From the IMG/VR virus record IMGVR_UViG_3300036716_001267, positions 1 through 35,704 of that record: a stretch of 35,704 nt of DNA; one strand, given 5' to 3'. The translations under genes were made by a program, and so were the position numbers. How positions within the stretch are numbered: the stretch's first letter is position 1; each line of letters starts with the position of its first letter. The notes beneath the pieces were generated by a model, which was not told where the DNA came from, did not search any database, and saw only the letters and a list, made by a program, of their open reading frames with translations. This stretch comes from a virus (taxonomy: Duplodnaviria; Caudoviricetes). Of the stretch, positions 16,641-25,134 are shown one piece after another.

Positions 16641-18415
16641 TGAAAGATGAGCTTCAGATGGTTGATGACGATCAGGTCGAAAACGTCGGGATTATGTCCG
16701 GCTTTATGGACGAGATCGACGAGTTAATGGAAGAGCTCTCTGGCGAGGAGCGAGAGGAAGGTGACGACGCCGACATGGCGCGGATGATGGCGCGCACGCC
16801 TGACTCACCTGAAATCCTCATGAATAACCTTCGTGGTGACATGCGTTCGATTGACGCGCGCCGTGAGGAGCTTGCCGATTTGGTTGGATTCCGTGAAGCA
16901 GAAGAAACGCCTGAGGGTGTTCTTGCGTTACTGCAGCCGGTTCTAGCGCAGCAGGCCGCGCCCGCTATGCCGATGCCTGCACCTATGCCACAGGGCATGC
17001 CTCCTGAAATGGCCGGAATGGCACCACCTCCTATGCCCGCAGGTCCTGCACCTGCGATGGGCGGTATTGGTGGATTGCCCATGGACCAAGGACCTGCGCC
17101 TATGGCGATGGCTAACGGAGGCATGGTCCAGTATTTTCAAGAAGGTAGCGGCGAGGAGGGCGTTACCCCAAATAGTAGTGCCTACCCTCCTGAAATTGTG
17201 GCAGCAGCCATAGAGCGTTATAAAGCGATAATGAATCAGCAGCCTGAAACCGTGCCTGATTTACGGGCCGGAGTAGACCAGAATCTGGCTTTGTATCAAG
17301 ACATTCTTGGCAGTGACCCGAAGGATACGCAGGCTCAGATGTTGTTTGACATCGGTCAGGCGGCGCTCGGCTATGCCGGTAACGTAGGTCCTGACGGGCA
17401 ACCACTTCGTGGTTCTGCTGCGGCAAGACTAGCAGGCGCTACACGAGAACTGCCCGGCCGTATCGGTCAGCGTGCAGCAGGCATGTCCAAAGAGGCGCAA
17501 GCGCTTAAGATGGCAGCACTGCAGGCAGCCGAAGCTCAAAGGAGCGCGGCTCAGGAACGGAATGTGAAGCTTGCCGAGCGTCAAGCCGACATCTACGGCG
17601 ACATCGCCACGCAGAAGCCTGCTAAGCTTAGCGCATATGAGGAAAAGATTCAGGACCTCATGAACACTATGGAAATGACTCGACCTGAAGCGGTAGAGAT
17701 GGTCAACACAAGCACGTTTATTGAGCCTAATTCTGGAAATACCATTAGGTATAACCCGATTACTCAGACGGCTGAAGTGATAGACGTGGCGTTCCCTGAA
17801 CCTCCGGCGCCTCCTACGACTCCGCCAGAAGTTTCTGCAGAGGATTTATCCTTTGACGTAGGTACGGGAACAGGTGCATTCGCTGCTGTGCGAAACCTAT
17901 ACAGCAGCACGCTTGGTCAACTGCCGTTCTTACCTGCAGCACTTAAGACAGAGGAGGCAGCGCAGAGATTACGTTTCCTAGAAAGAGACGCGATTTCGTC
18001 ACTTGCTACGACCTCTCGCCCGTCTGTTGTGGAACAGGCACGTATTTTGGCCACTATACCTCAAGCACTTGATTTTAGTCAGAACCCTGAAATCGCACAA
18101 GAAAGCTTGGCTAACTTCGTAGACCTCATGGGTCAGGTGTATGTTGATGACGTGAAGTACAGTAACGACATTTCAAACCCCAAAGGCGAACGCGACAAGT
18201 CTGAAGCTAGGGCTCGAGCAGTACAACGAACCATTGGCTCTCTATTACGTCCAGATGCCGCCGAGCTATACTTTGACACCGTCAATAATGCTGTAAAAGT
18301 CGATGCAGGAAAGTTTGGTGAGATGTCCAAAGAGGAATTGATGGCTGTAAATGTGGCAGAGCTAGAGGGTAACACTCTTGCTGCCTTCATTACTGCTGCT
18401 AAAAAGTTTCAATAA
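16640..18415 (+). CDS. Internal virion / ejection-type protein
   Basis: 591 aa helical protein, acidic N-terminus, M/P-rich linker, coupled to the upstream gene. Confidence 0.6.
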   Translation: MKDELQMVDDDQVENVGIMSGFMDEIDELMEELSGEEREEGDDADMARMMARTPDSPEILMNNLRGDMRSIDARREELADLVGFREAEETPEGVLALLQPVLAQQAAPAMPMPAPMPQGMPPEMAGMAPPPMPAGPAPAMGGIGGLPMDQGPAPMAMANGGMVQYFQEGSGEEGVTPNSSAYPPEIVAAAIERYKAIMNQQPETVPDLRAGVDQNLALYQDILGSDPKDTQAQMLFDIGQAALGYAGNVGPDGQPLRGSAAARLAGATRELPGRIGQRAAGMSKEAQALKMAALQAAEAQRSAAQERNVKLAERQADIYGDIATQKPAKLSAYEEKIQDLMNTMEMTRPEAVEMVNTSTFIEPNSGNTIRYNPITQTAEVIDVAFPEPPAPPTTPPEVSAEDLSFDVGTGTGAFAAVRNLYSSTLGQLPFLPAALKTEEAAQRLRFLERDAISSLATTSRPSVVEQARILATIPQALDFSQNPEIAQESLANFVDLMGQVYVDDVKYSNDISNPKGERDKSEARARAVQRTIGSLLRPDAAELYFDTVNNAVKVDAGKFGEMSKEELMAVNVAELEGNTLAAFITAAKKFQ

Positions 18416-18427
18416 GGGTAATTAGTA

Positions 18428-20833
18428 ATGGCTGATGAAGAAAAAGGCGTTACAGACGCAGAGCAGCAACAAAAAGACCTTGCTCTAGCCCTACAGCTAC
18501 AGCTCTCGCTTGGCGACGGCGCTCCTGCTCAACCTGTTTCTGCAGAAGAAGCCTATATGGCCGCTAATTACGGTCCTCTTGAAACCGCCAACCGCATGAT
18601 GGCCCAGACTTTAGATACCTTGGTTCTGGACTATCTCCCCGACAAGTGGAAAAACAAGCTTGCTGACATAGGCATAGGCTTTCCTGCGGGATATGAAATG
18701 CCCGGCAAGGCAGGTGCAGCAGCCAAAATGATAGGCACCGCCGCCCCGTTCGTTGCGGCGCCTGTTCTTGCGGGCAGGCAATTAGCACAGGAAAGCGCTA
18801 GGACACTTGCACGTCCGGGCCCTGCGCGTAAGTTGTTAGAAGACATCTATAGGACTTCTGTAACAGCGCCTAAGACTTTTTACGGCTCTGAAATAGCTGC
18901 CGCAGGCGCCGCCGGAGCAGCAGGGGAAGCCGCAAGACAGGGTGGAGCAAGTCCTGAAATGCAAGTGGTGTCTGAGCTTGCCGGAGGTTTTGGGGCAGGC
19001 GCTATACCCACTATGATACCCAGAACTGCACAGCGCTTAGTTCAAGGGGTTAAAGCTAATCTAGCACCTTTCACCGAGGCAGGCGGAAGCATTCGTGCTG
19101 CGCGTCAAATGCAGGAACGGGCAGGTGGTCAGGTTCGCGCGTTAGAATTAGCGGATGCTTTGGATGATGTGCCAGAAGGCGTAACTCCGGCACAATTTCT
19201 TGGTGACAATGTTTTAATGGCCCAAGAAGCTCGTCTAATTGCAGACAACCCCGACATAGGCAATGCAATTGCTGTTGATTTAATGGCTGCGCGACGTGCC
19301 GCGCAGGAAGAGCTTGTTGACTTAAGGGGGCAGCCTCGAACTCGACAGGAATGGGAGCAGGCGGTTATTCAGCGTGTTACACCGCCGGGCACTACAATTA
19401 CCAAAGCTCAAACCGACGAGATGCTTAGCGAAGCATACAAGGCCTTCGATCCTTTTTATGATGCGGCAAGAGGGCTGCCTGCGCCACTTAATAAGTTAAC
19501 CCGTTTAGATGTAATAGACTCAACTGACACGCCCTCTATTATCGCAACCGATGATCAACGAACGGCGGTGCGTAGATACCTTGAGGATCTGACTACTGCG
19601 TGGGAATCGCCCGGCTTTAACGAGCCTCGAGCGCGCATGGGAACTACTGATGACCTGATTGACATGCGTAGCAAGATTAGGGCCGAGCAACGAGCTCAAA
19701 TGCGCGCAGGAAATCTTGAGCGGGCCGATCTTTTAGGCGCTGCTGAAAATGTAGTCAGTCAACAAATACGAAACGCAGTAAGCCCAGAAACCGCTGTTCG
19801 ACTTAATGAGGCAGACAGGCTTTATCGTCAGTACAAGGTTATCGAAACAGCCATCTACAACAGCGGCGACAATGTTCTGACCGCCGACATGGTGTCTGAA
19901 GCGATTCGCACAAGCGGCCTTACAACTCCTTCGCGCTATGCTCGAGGAGAGATTGAAGAAGTACAGAAGTTACGTGAACTAGCCATTGCAGGCAGGGACG
20001 TAGCAGAGTACTTGGGCGACCCTGAGCGTGCGTCACTTATGGTCAGGGGGTTAGACGAAGACGGTAAGAGCGCCGTTCAAGCGGAGTTTGTAAATGCTCT
20101 TATTAAAAGGGCAAAGCCTGACGCCGCTGAAATATCAGACGGCATGGTGCTTATATCTGGAAACAAATTAACCCGAGACATTACCGAAAACATAGAGGTA
20201 ATGCAGGCACTGGGTATGGGTCCAGAGGATATTGGCCGAGTAAGAGATATCGCCAATAGAGTTACCATGATGGAGAAGAAAAGCCCTGCAGCAGTTGCGA
20301 AACTGTTTGACGATGGGCCGTCTACAGTCATGGAACTACTTGCCAGTGTGGTCGGAGCAAAGCAGGGGTCGAACCTCGCTTCAGTTGCTGACATCGGCCA
20401 GAGCCTTGTACTTGCACAGTTCTTCTCTAACCGGGCCCGTAGGTGGTTAACCAAAGTAACTTCCGATAAAGCAGCTCAGCTTTTAAAAGACGCCGCCACA
20501 GATCCTCAACTGTATCAGGCCTTGCTTAGAAAGAATGTTGCGCCTGCCGATAACATTAAAGCGGCCAGATACATCGAAAGCTACTTAGCCGCAACTGGTC
20601 AGCTCCAAGCTGAGGAAGCAATGGACCTCGATGAGCCAACCGACCAAGAGTTGCAGTTCGCACCGTTCGAGGCAAGTACCCGTGGTCCACGGAGAACGCC
20701 TAGCGCACCACCAACACGTGGCGTGCCGGGCCTTGGTTCAGAGCAACCGGCTCCCGCTGCACCTGCCGTGGCCCAAGGACCTACGGGTCAAAGCAGCAGG
20801 GACATGCTCGAGCAGCTATTCCCCTTTGGCTAA
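18428..20833 (+). CDS. Large internal virion / DNA transfer-type protein
   Basis: 801 aa Ala-rich helical protein, last gene of the virion operon. Confidence 0.6.
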   Translation: MADEEKGVTDAEQQQKDLALALQLQLSLGDGAPAQPVSAEEAYMAANYGPLETANRMMAQTLDTLVLDYLPDKWKNKLADIGIGFPAGYEMPGKAGAAAKMIGTAAPFVAAPVLAGRQLAQESARTLARPGPARKLLEDIYRTSVTAPKTFYGSEIAAAGAAGAAGEAARQGGASPEMQVVSELAGGFGAGAIPTMIPRTAQRLVQGVKANLAPFTEAGGSIRAARQMQERAGGQVRALELADALDDVPEGVTPAQFLGDNVLMAQEARLIADNPDIGNAIAVDLMAARRAAQEELVDLRGQPRTRQEWEQAVIQRVTPPGTTITKAQTDEMLSEAYKAFDPFYDAARGLPAPLNKLTRLDVIDSTDTPSIIATDDQRTAVRRYLEDLTTAWESPGFNEPRARMGTTDDLIDMRSKIRAEQRAQMRAGNLERADLLGAAENVVSQQIRNAVSPETAVRLNEADRLYRQYKVIETAIYNSGDNVLTADMVSEAIRTSGLTTPSRYARGEIEEVQKLRELAIAGRDVAEYLGDPERASLMVRGLDEDGKSAVQAEFVNALIKRAKPDAAEISDGMVLISGNKLTRDITENIEVMQALGMGPEDIGRVRDIANRVTMMEKKSPAAVAKLFDDGPSTVMELLASVVGAKQGSNLASVADIGQSLVLAQFFSNRARRWLTKVTSDKAAQLLKDAATDPQLYQALLRKNVAPADNIKAARYIESYLAATGQLQAEEAMDLDEPTDQELQFAPFEASTRGPRRTPSAPPTRGVPGLGSEQPAPAAPAVAQGPTGQSSRDMLEQLFPFG

Positions 20834-20843
20834 TGGCAGGCAT

Positions 20844-20875
20844 AAAAAAGGCCCCTAGTTAGGGGCCTTTTCTTT
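20844..20875. terminator. Bidirectional rho-independent terminator
   Basis: AAAAAAGGCCCCT-AGTT-AGGGGCCTTTTCTTT between convergent genes, with a U-tract on both strands. Confidence 0.92.
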
Positions 20876-21080
20876 ATGGGCAGACTACAGTGTAGGTGTT
20901 GTCTTCATTCTTACTGATGTCGCCCGGACATAAATAACCAAAGTCATAGCCCTCGGCTAAATCAAGCTCTCGATCCCGAGCAGCTATCCTCGCTGCCTCT
21001 TCGGCCTCTACTGCCGTCTTATAGGTTCTCCAAGAAACCTTACATCCGCACTCGTGCTTCAATGGCTTGGGATAATCCAT
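20874..21080 (-). CDS. Hypothetical protein (68 aa)
   Basis: Strong RBS (ATACAGGAGAAAGAAAATG on the - strand) and its own promoter. Confidence 0.8.
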   Translation of the reverse strand: MDYPKPLKHECGCKVSWRTYKTAVEAEEAARIAARDRELDLAEGYDFGYLCPGDISKNEDNTYTVVCP

Positions 21081-21134
21081 TTTCTTTCTCCTGTATTAAT
21101 TTTAAAGAACGGCCATCTCTTAGATGACATAGTC

Positions 21135-21163
21135 ATTGTACTACACTTTACTACTTAATGCAA
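21135..21163 (-). promoter_or_regulatory. Sigma70-type promoter
   Basis: - strand TTGCAT-N17-TACAAT. Confidence 0.75.
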
Positions 21164-21167
21164 ACAT

Positions 21168-21860
21168 CTATTTTTCACTACTGTTGTGGAACTCGTCAAC
21201 TCGACGCATCCATAGGTCCTTATAACCTTGGAACTCGCGGCCTGCGGTGGAGAACTCCGCAGTGCTGCCGTCTGATCTAACCGCCATCAACACAACTGCA
21301 TTGTCTATTTTAGTGCCGTGCATTTCATCGTGCGCTAAAGCGTACGCCGCTAACTGGCAGAAGTAATCCTCGATCCACTCCCGCTTCTTCGGCTTGTTGC
21401 TCTGCTTGAAGTCGATGATGGCAGGCTTGTCTCGATAGACTCCGACTAAGTCCGTGGTACCCGCATACTTCTCCGGATAAAACAGAGAAACCTCAGAGCC
21501 CCAGATTTCATTCACGTTGTGAAAGTATCGGTTGATAATCTTGTAGCCGAGCTCGTAGCCCTTGCACATCTCCCAGTTCGTCGGGCGGGGCAGGTCTCGA
21601 TACGCGACCATCCGTTCAATGACCTCGTGCAAGTAAGTGCCGACCAGTGACGCCTCGTTTTTAATACGCTCCGCCTCTTCCTCACCTACGCGCGCGACCC
21701 ACGCATCAAGGCCCCCTTTATCTGCTTTGGTGGCGGACAGGATAGTCGTCACGCTTGGCAGTTTCTGCTCGCCGTAGATATACCGGCGGCCCTCGGGCAG
21801 GTCCTGACGTTGCAGGGAGATGTATTTAAATTTCTTTCGCAGCGGGATTAGATCAACCAA
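21168..21860 (-). CDS. PD-(D/E)XK exonuclease
   Basis: PSVTTIL, GTYLH, SE, YAGTTD, IIDFK and QLAAYA motifs. Confidence 0.9.
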   Translation of the reverse strand: MVDLIPLRKKFKYISLQRQDLPEGRRYIYGEQKLPSVTTILSATKADKGGLDAWVARVGEEEAERIKNEASLVGTYLHEVIERMVAYRDLPRPTNWEMCKGYELGYKIINRYFHNVNEIWGSEVSLFYPEKYAGTTDLVGVYRDKPAIIDFKQSNKPKKREWIEDYFCQLAAYALAHDEMHGTKIDNAVVLMAVRSDGSTAEFSTAGREFQGYKDLWMRRVDEFHNSSEK

Positions 21861-23302
21861 TCTTTCATCTCCTCGCCAAGCACTTCGTTGGCTATGTCAA
21901 TTTTGGAACGCAGGGCCTTGACTATCTTCTCGTCGACCGTGCCCGGCACCATAAGGTCCACGTAGGTAACAGACTTTGTCTGGCCGATTCGATGCGCGCG
22001 GTCTTCGCTCTGCAAACGTACCTCGAGGTCAAAACTGTTACTATAATACACAACTGTATTCGCTGCTGTGAGCGTAAGTCCGTATCCGCCGGTCCTTGGG
22101 TTGCCAACAAAGAACCTGAGCTCACTGTCGGGGTCTTGGAATTCACGGACCACGCGCCTACGCTCTTCGTCATCGGTGTCACCGTAGTAAGTGCCGACAG
22201 CGTTCATGCCGTACTCTTTTGCAAGCGCAAGCTTGATGGCCTCGATGTCGTGGCGGTAGTTCGCCCAGATAATAACCTTGTCTGATGTCTCTTCGACCAC
22301 GGACAAAAGTTCGTCCATTCGTTTGCTTGGAATGCTTATCTCGGTGCCGTCGTCGAGCTTCGAGTGGCCGCAGGCTATCTGATGCAGACGCATGATCTGG
22401 GTCAGGGCGTTAACGGTCGTCGTCATTCCTTTGTCGAACAGGGCCAGAGCAAGAGACGACATCTCGTCGTAGGCCTTGCGCTGCTCTTTGGTTAACTCGA
22501 CCTCACGCTTGACGAAGACCTTGGGAGGCAGATCGAGGCACTCCTCTTTGGTAATGCGGTAAGCGAATTTATCAAGCTTCTCTTTAAGCTCGTCGAGCTT
22601 GCGGTAACCTACGATCTTCTTAAAGCTGTGGCTGCCCATGTGCTTCTCAACAAGAATCGCATAGCGTGCGCGGAACGAGTAAAAGCTCGGTGCGTTCAGG
22701 CATTCCTCTGACAGGAAAGCGCATTGTTGGTACAGGTCCATAGGCGAACGGGTAACCGGCGAGCCCGTCATGATCCGTCGATAAAGAGCCTGCTGCCCGA
22801 CTTTCAGTACGTTCTTCGCACGCTTGGCCGTTGGCGTTTTGATCGTAGTGCTCTCGTCGATAGACATAAAACACTTGGTATACATTGCAAAGCGCTTTGC
22901 ATACTCGAAGCCCTTAGTGGTCGACAGGGCTTCCACGTTCATCACGAGAATCTTTAAATCCTCTGTAACCTCCCACAAGTTTTCAAGCTGAGCCCTCTCC
23001 GCTTTACGTGGGTTAGGGGTCCAAAGCGCCGTGCGGTGAATCACGTGGTCAGGCAAATGCTTGGGTAATTCTTCATCCACCCAGTTACGATAAACACCCT
23101 TCGGCGCTATGATAAGTGCCGAATTTATTTTGCCCACGTCATAAAGCATGGCCAGATTGTTAATGACCATGAACGATTTACCAGTACCCATGTCAGCAAA
23201 AAGCGCTGCTACAGGCCTTTTCCAGAACTGTTCTAAATATTTTTTTTGATGTGCAAACGGTTGATTTTTAAACCGATAGCGATCAATCCACAAGTTTTCC
23301 AC
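21848..23302 (-). CDS. SNF2-like superfamily 2 helicase
   Basis: DMGTGKS, DEST, MTGSP, GYGLTLT and QSEDRAHRIGQ; GTG start with AAGGAGA RBS. Confidence 0.93.
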   Translation of the reverse strand: MENLWIDRYRFKNQPFAHQKKYLEQFWKRPVAALFADMGTGKSFMVINNLAMLYDVGKINSALIIAPKGVYRNWVDEELPKHLPDHVIHRTALWTPNPRKAERAQLENLWEVTEDLKILVMNVEALSTTKGFEYAKRFAMYTKCFMSIDESTTIKTPTAKRAKNVLKVGQQALYRRIMTGSPVTRSPMDLYQQCAFLSEECLNAPSFYSFRARYAILVEKHMGSHSFKKIVGYRKLDELKEKLDKFAYRITKEECLDLPPKVFVKREVELTKEQRKAYDEMSSLALALFDKGMTTTVNALTQIMRLHQIACGHSKLDDGTEISIPSKRMDELLSVVEETSDKVIIWANYRHDIEAIKLALAKEYGMNAVGTYYGDTDDEERRRVVREFQDPDSELRFFVGNPRTGGYGLTLTAANTVVYYSNSFDLEVRLQSEDRAHRIGQTKSVTYVDLMVPGTVDEKIVKALRSKIDIANEVLGEEMKDWLI

Positions 23303-23400
23303 AGCTTATCTCCTTTCTAGGTTTGCTTTTCGGTTGACACCGACTAGCTAACGCAGTGTATCATAGCGCCTCGCATTTGCGAAACAAACCAGAAAGGAGA
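23303..23400. promoter_or_regulatory. Divergent promoter region
   Basis: + strand TTGACA (23334-23339) N19 TATCAT (23359-23364), a long spacer; inverted repeat TCGCA-TT-TGCGA at 23371-23382; matching RBS leaders facing both ways. Confidence 0.6.
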
Positions 23401-23745
23401 ATGAAATTGCCAAAAGTATTTGTTGTTTCTGAGACCCAGAAACATAATATTATTCCCGCAGCCGATTTCGGTGACATCGAAATTGTTCTGCCCCCTAATC
23501 AAGCGCAGGTTATTTTCTCGTCCGGTCCGACTGTACAAAGAGTCAAACGGGCGCTAGAAGATTTCTGTGACGACGACTACCTCTTGTTTATTGGTGACCC
23601 GACCGCCATTAGTATTTTAGCTGCAGTTGCTGCCGCTAAGAACTCCGGCCGGTACAAGGCGCTGAAGTGGGACAAGCAGGAGCGCCGGTACTTACCTATA
23701 CAGATCGATTTATTTCCACATAGAAGGGATAACGACGATGATTGA
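23401..23745 (+). CDS. Phage hypothetical protein
   Basis: KVFVV...AADFG...DYLLFIGDP...LKWD...Y; the start is ATG 23401 or TTG 23407, after AAGGAGA. Confidence 0.75.
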   Translation: MKLPKVFVVSETQKHNIIPAADFGDIEIVLPPNQAQVIFSSGPTVQRVKRALEDFCDDDYLLFIGDPTAISILAAVAAAKNSGRYKALKWDKQERRYLPIQIDLFPHRRDNDDD

Positions 23746-24280
23746 TTTTGAAAAAGACGCAGAGGCGTTAAAGCTACAAGACGACGATATCGAAGGTATC
23801 GCGGCATTAGCAAAAAGAGCTAAAGAGTTAGAGAAAGAAGTCGAAGACCTTGAAGCGGTCACGAAGGAAAGAAAGGATCAGCTTAGAAAATTAACCGAAC
23901 AGTCCATCCCTGAAGCATTAACCCAAGTCGGCATGAAAGGTTTTGTGATGGATGACGGCAGCAGGATTGAGCTAAAGGCTTTTTACTCTGCCAGTATTTC
24001 TGCCGCACGCAGAGCCGAAGCGTTCCAGTGGTTACGCGATCACGGCATGGACGACATCATTAAGAACACTGTCAGCGTCCGATTCGGACGTGGCGAAGAC
24101 GAGCTCTGTTCTCGTCTGTTAGAGATTCTTGGTACGCAAGGCTACCCTGCCGAGCAAGCTGAGAAGATAGAACCCATGACCTTGAAAGCATGGGTGAAGG
24201 AGCAGGTCGAGCGGGGCAATGAATTCCCAACCGAACTGTTTGGCGCCTACATGGGCCAGAAAGCAATCATTAAATCTTAA
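23738..24280 (+). CDS. Phage replication-module hypothetical protein
   Basis: Coiled-coil N-terminus, then AFQWLRDHG..DIIKN and PMTLKAWVKEQ; a type of gene commonly found before SSB-like genes. Confidence 0.75.
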   Translation: MIDFEKDAEALKLQDDDIEGIAALAKRAKELEKEVEDLEAVTKERKDQLRKLTEQSIPEALTQVGMKGFVMDDGSRIELKAFYSASISAARRAEAFQWLRDHGMDDIIKNTVSVRFGRGEDELCSRLLEILGTQGYPAEQAEKIEPMTLKAWVKEQVERGNEFPTELFGAYMGQKAIIKS

Positions 24281-24307
24281 AGAGAAAAGGAAAAAGGAAA
24301 AAGAGAC

Positions 24308-25087
24308 ATGGCTAAATCAGCAGAAGTAGCGGTAAAAGGTAACACAGCCGTCGCATTAGCGGTGAACTTCGAAGGTGACGCGCAGAGCGGCTTCGAGCAA
24401 ATGGATCAAGACGATTTTGCTCTACCGTTCTTACGAATCCTGACAAACATGTCGCCAGAGATTGGTGAAGTCGACGGCGCAAGCCCCGGCATGATCTACA
24501 ACTCAGTAACAGGCGAACTGTTCGACGGTAAGAAAGGCGTACAGGTTATCCCCTGCACGTACATTCGCCAGTATATCGAATGGGCACCACGTGGATCGGG
24601 CAGCGGTGGACCGTTGAACATCTACCCCGCAACAAGTGACATCCTGTCCCGCACGCATCGCGAGCCGGGCGACAACAAGGATTACACAGACAGCGGAAGC
24701 TACATCGAAAACACAGCAAATCATTACGTAATGATGCTCGACGAAGCAGGCGTTCCAAACCCTGCGCTAATCGTAATGAAGTCCACTCAGCTCAAGAAGT
24801 CACGCAAGTGGAACAGCATGATGATGTCGGTAAAGCTCACCGGAGCTAACGGCATGTTTACTCCACCTATGTACTCACAGATTTATCGACTGACTGTCGC
24901 GTCTGAGTCTAATGACAAAGGCAAGTGGCACGGTTGGGAAATTGAGCGAGTAGGCAGCGTTGAAGATGCAGGCGTTTACGAGACTGCAAAACAATTTGCT
25001 GCAAGCATCGGTGCAGGAGATGTAAAAGTGAAGCACCAAGATGAATCGAAGCCTAGTACAGGTGAGGAGTCACATAGTCACTTTTAA
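24308..25087 (+). CDS. Putative single-stranded DNA-binding protein
   Basis: DFALPFLRIL...SP, YIEW, MKSTQLKKSRKWNS, GKWHGW; charged tail ending in Phe; sits before the primase. Confidence 0.6.
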   Translation: MAKSAEVAVKGNTAVALAVNFEGDAQSGFEQMDQDDFALPFLRILTNMSPEIGEVDGASPGMIYNSVTGELFDGKKGVQVIPCTYIRQYIEWAPRGSGSGGPLNIYPATSDILSRTHREPGDNKDYTDSGSYIENTANHYVMMLDEAGVPNPALIVMKSTQLKKSRKWNSMMMSVKLTGANGMFTPPMYSQIYRLTVASESNDKGKWHGWEIERVGSVEDAGVYETAKQFAASIGAGDVKVKHQDESKPSTGEESHSHF

Positions 25088-25094
25088 GTCTGAC

Positions 25095-25120
25095 GCCGGA
25101 GGGTAAAACCTCCGGCCTTT
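25095..25120 (+). terminator. GC-rich hairpin, weak terminator or mRNA stabiliser
   Basis: GCCGGAGG-GTAAAA-CCTCCGGC followed only by CTTT. Confidence 0.6.
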
Positions 25121-25134
25121 ACCGAGAAAGAAGA

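Noticed and set aside
21168-21860. Cas4 or CRISPR association of the nuclease
   Set aside because: It lacks the four-Cys Fe-S pattern of Cas4, and there are no cas genes or repeat-spacer arrays; it is an ordinary phage PD-(D/E)XK exonuclease.
24281-24307. Purine-rich AAAAGG repeat
   Set aside because: Adequately explained as a low-complexity A-rich ribosome-binding leader for the SSB-like gene.
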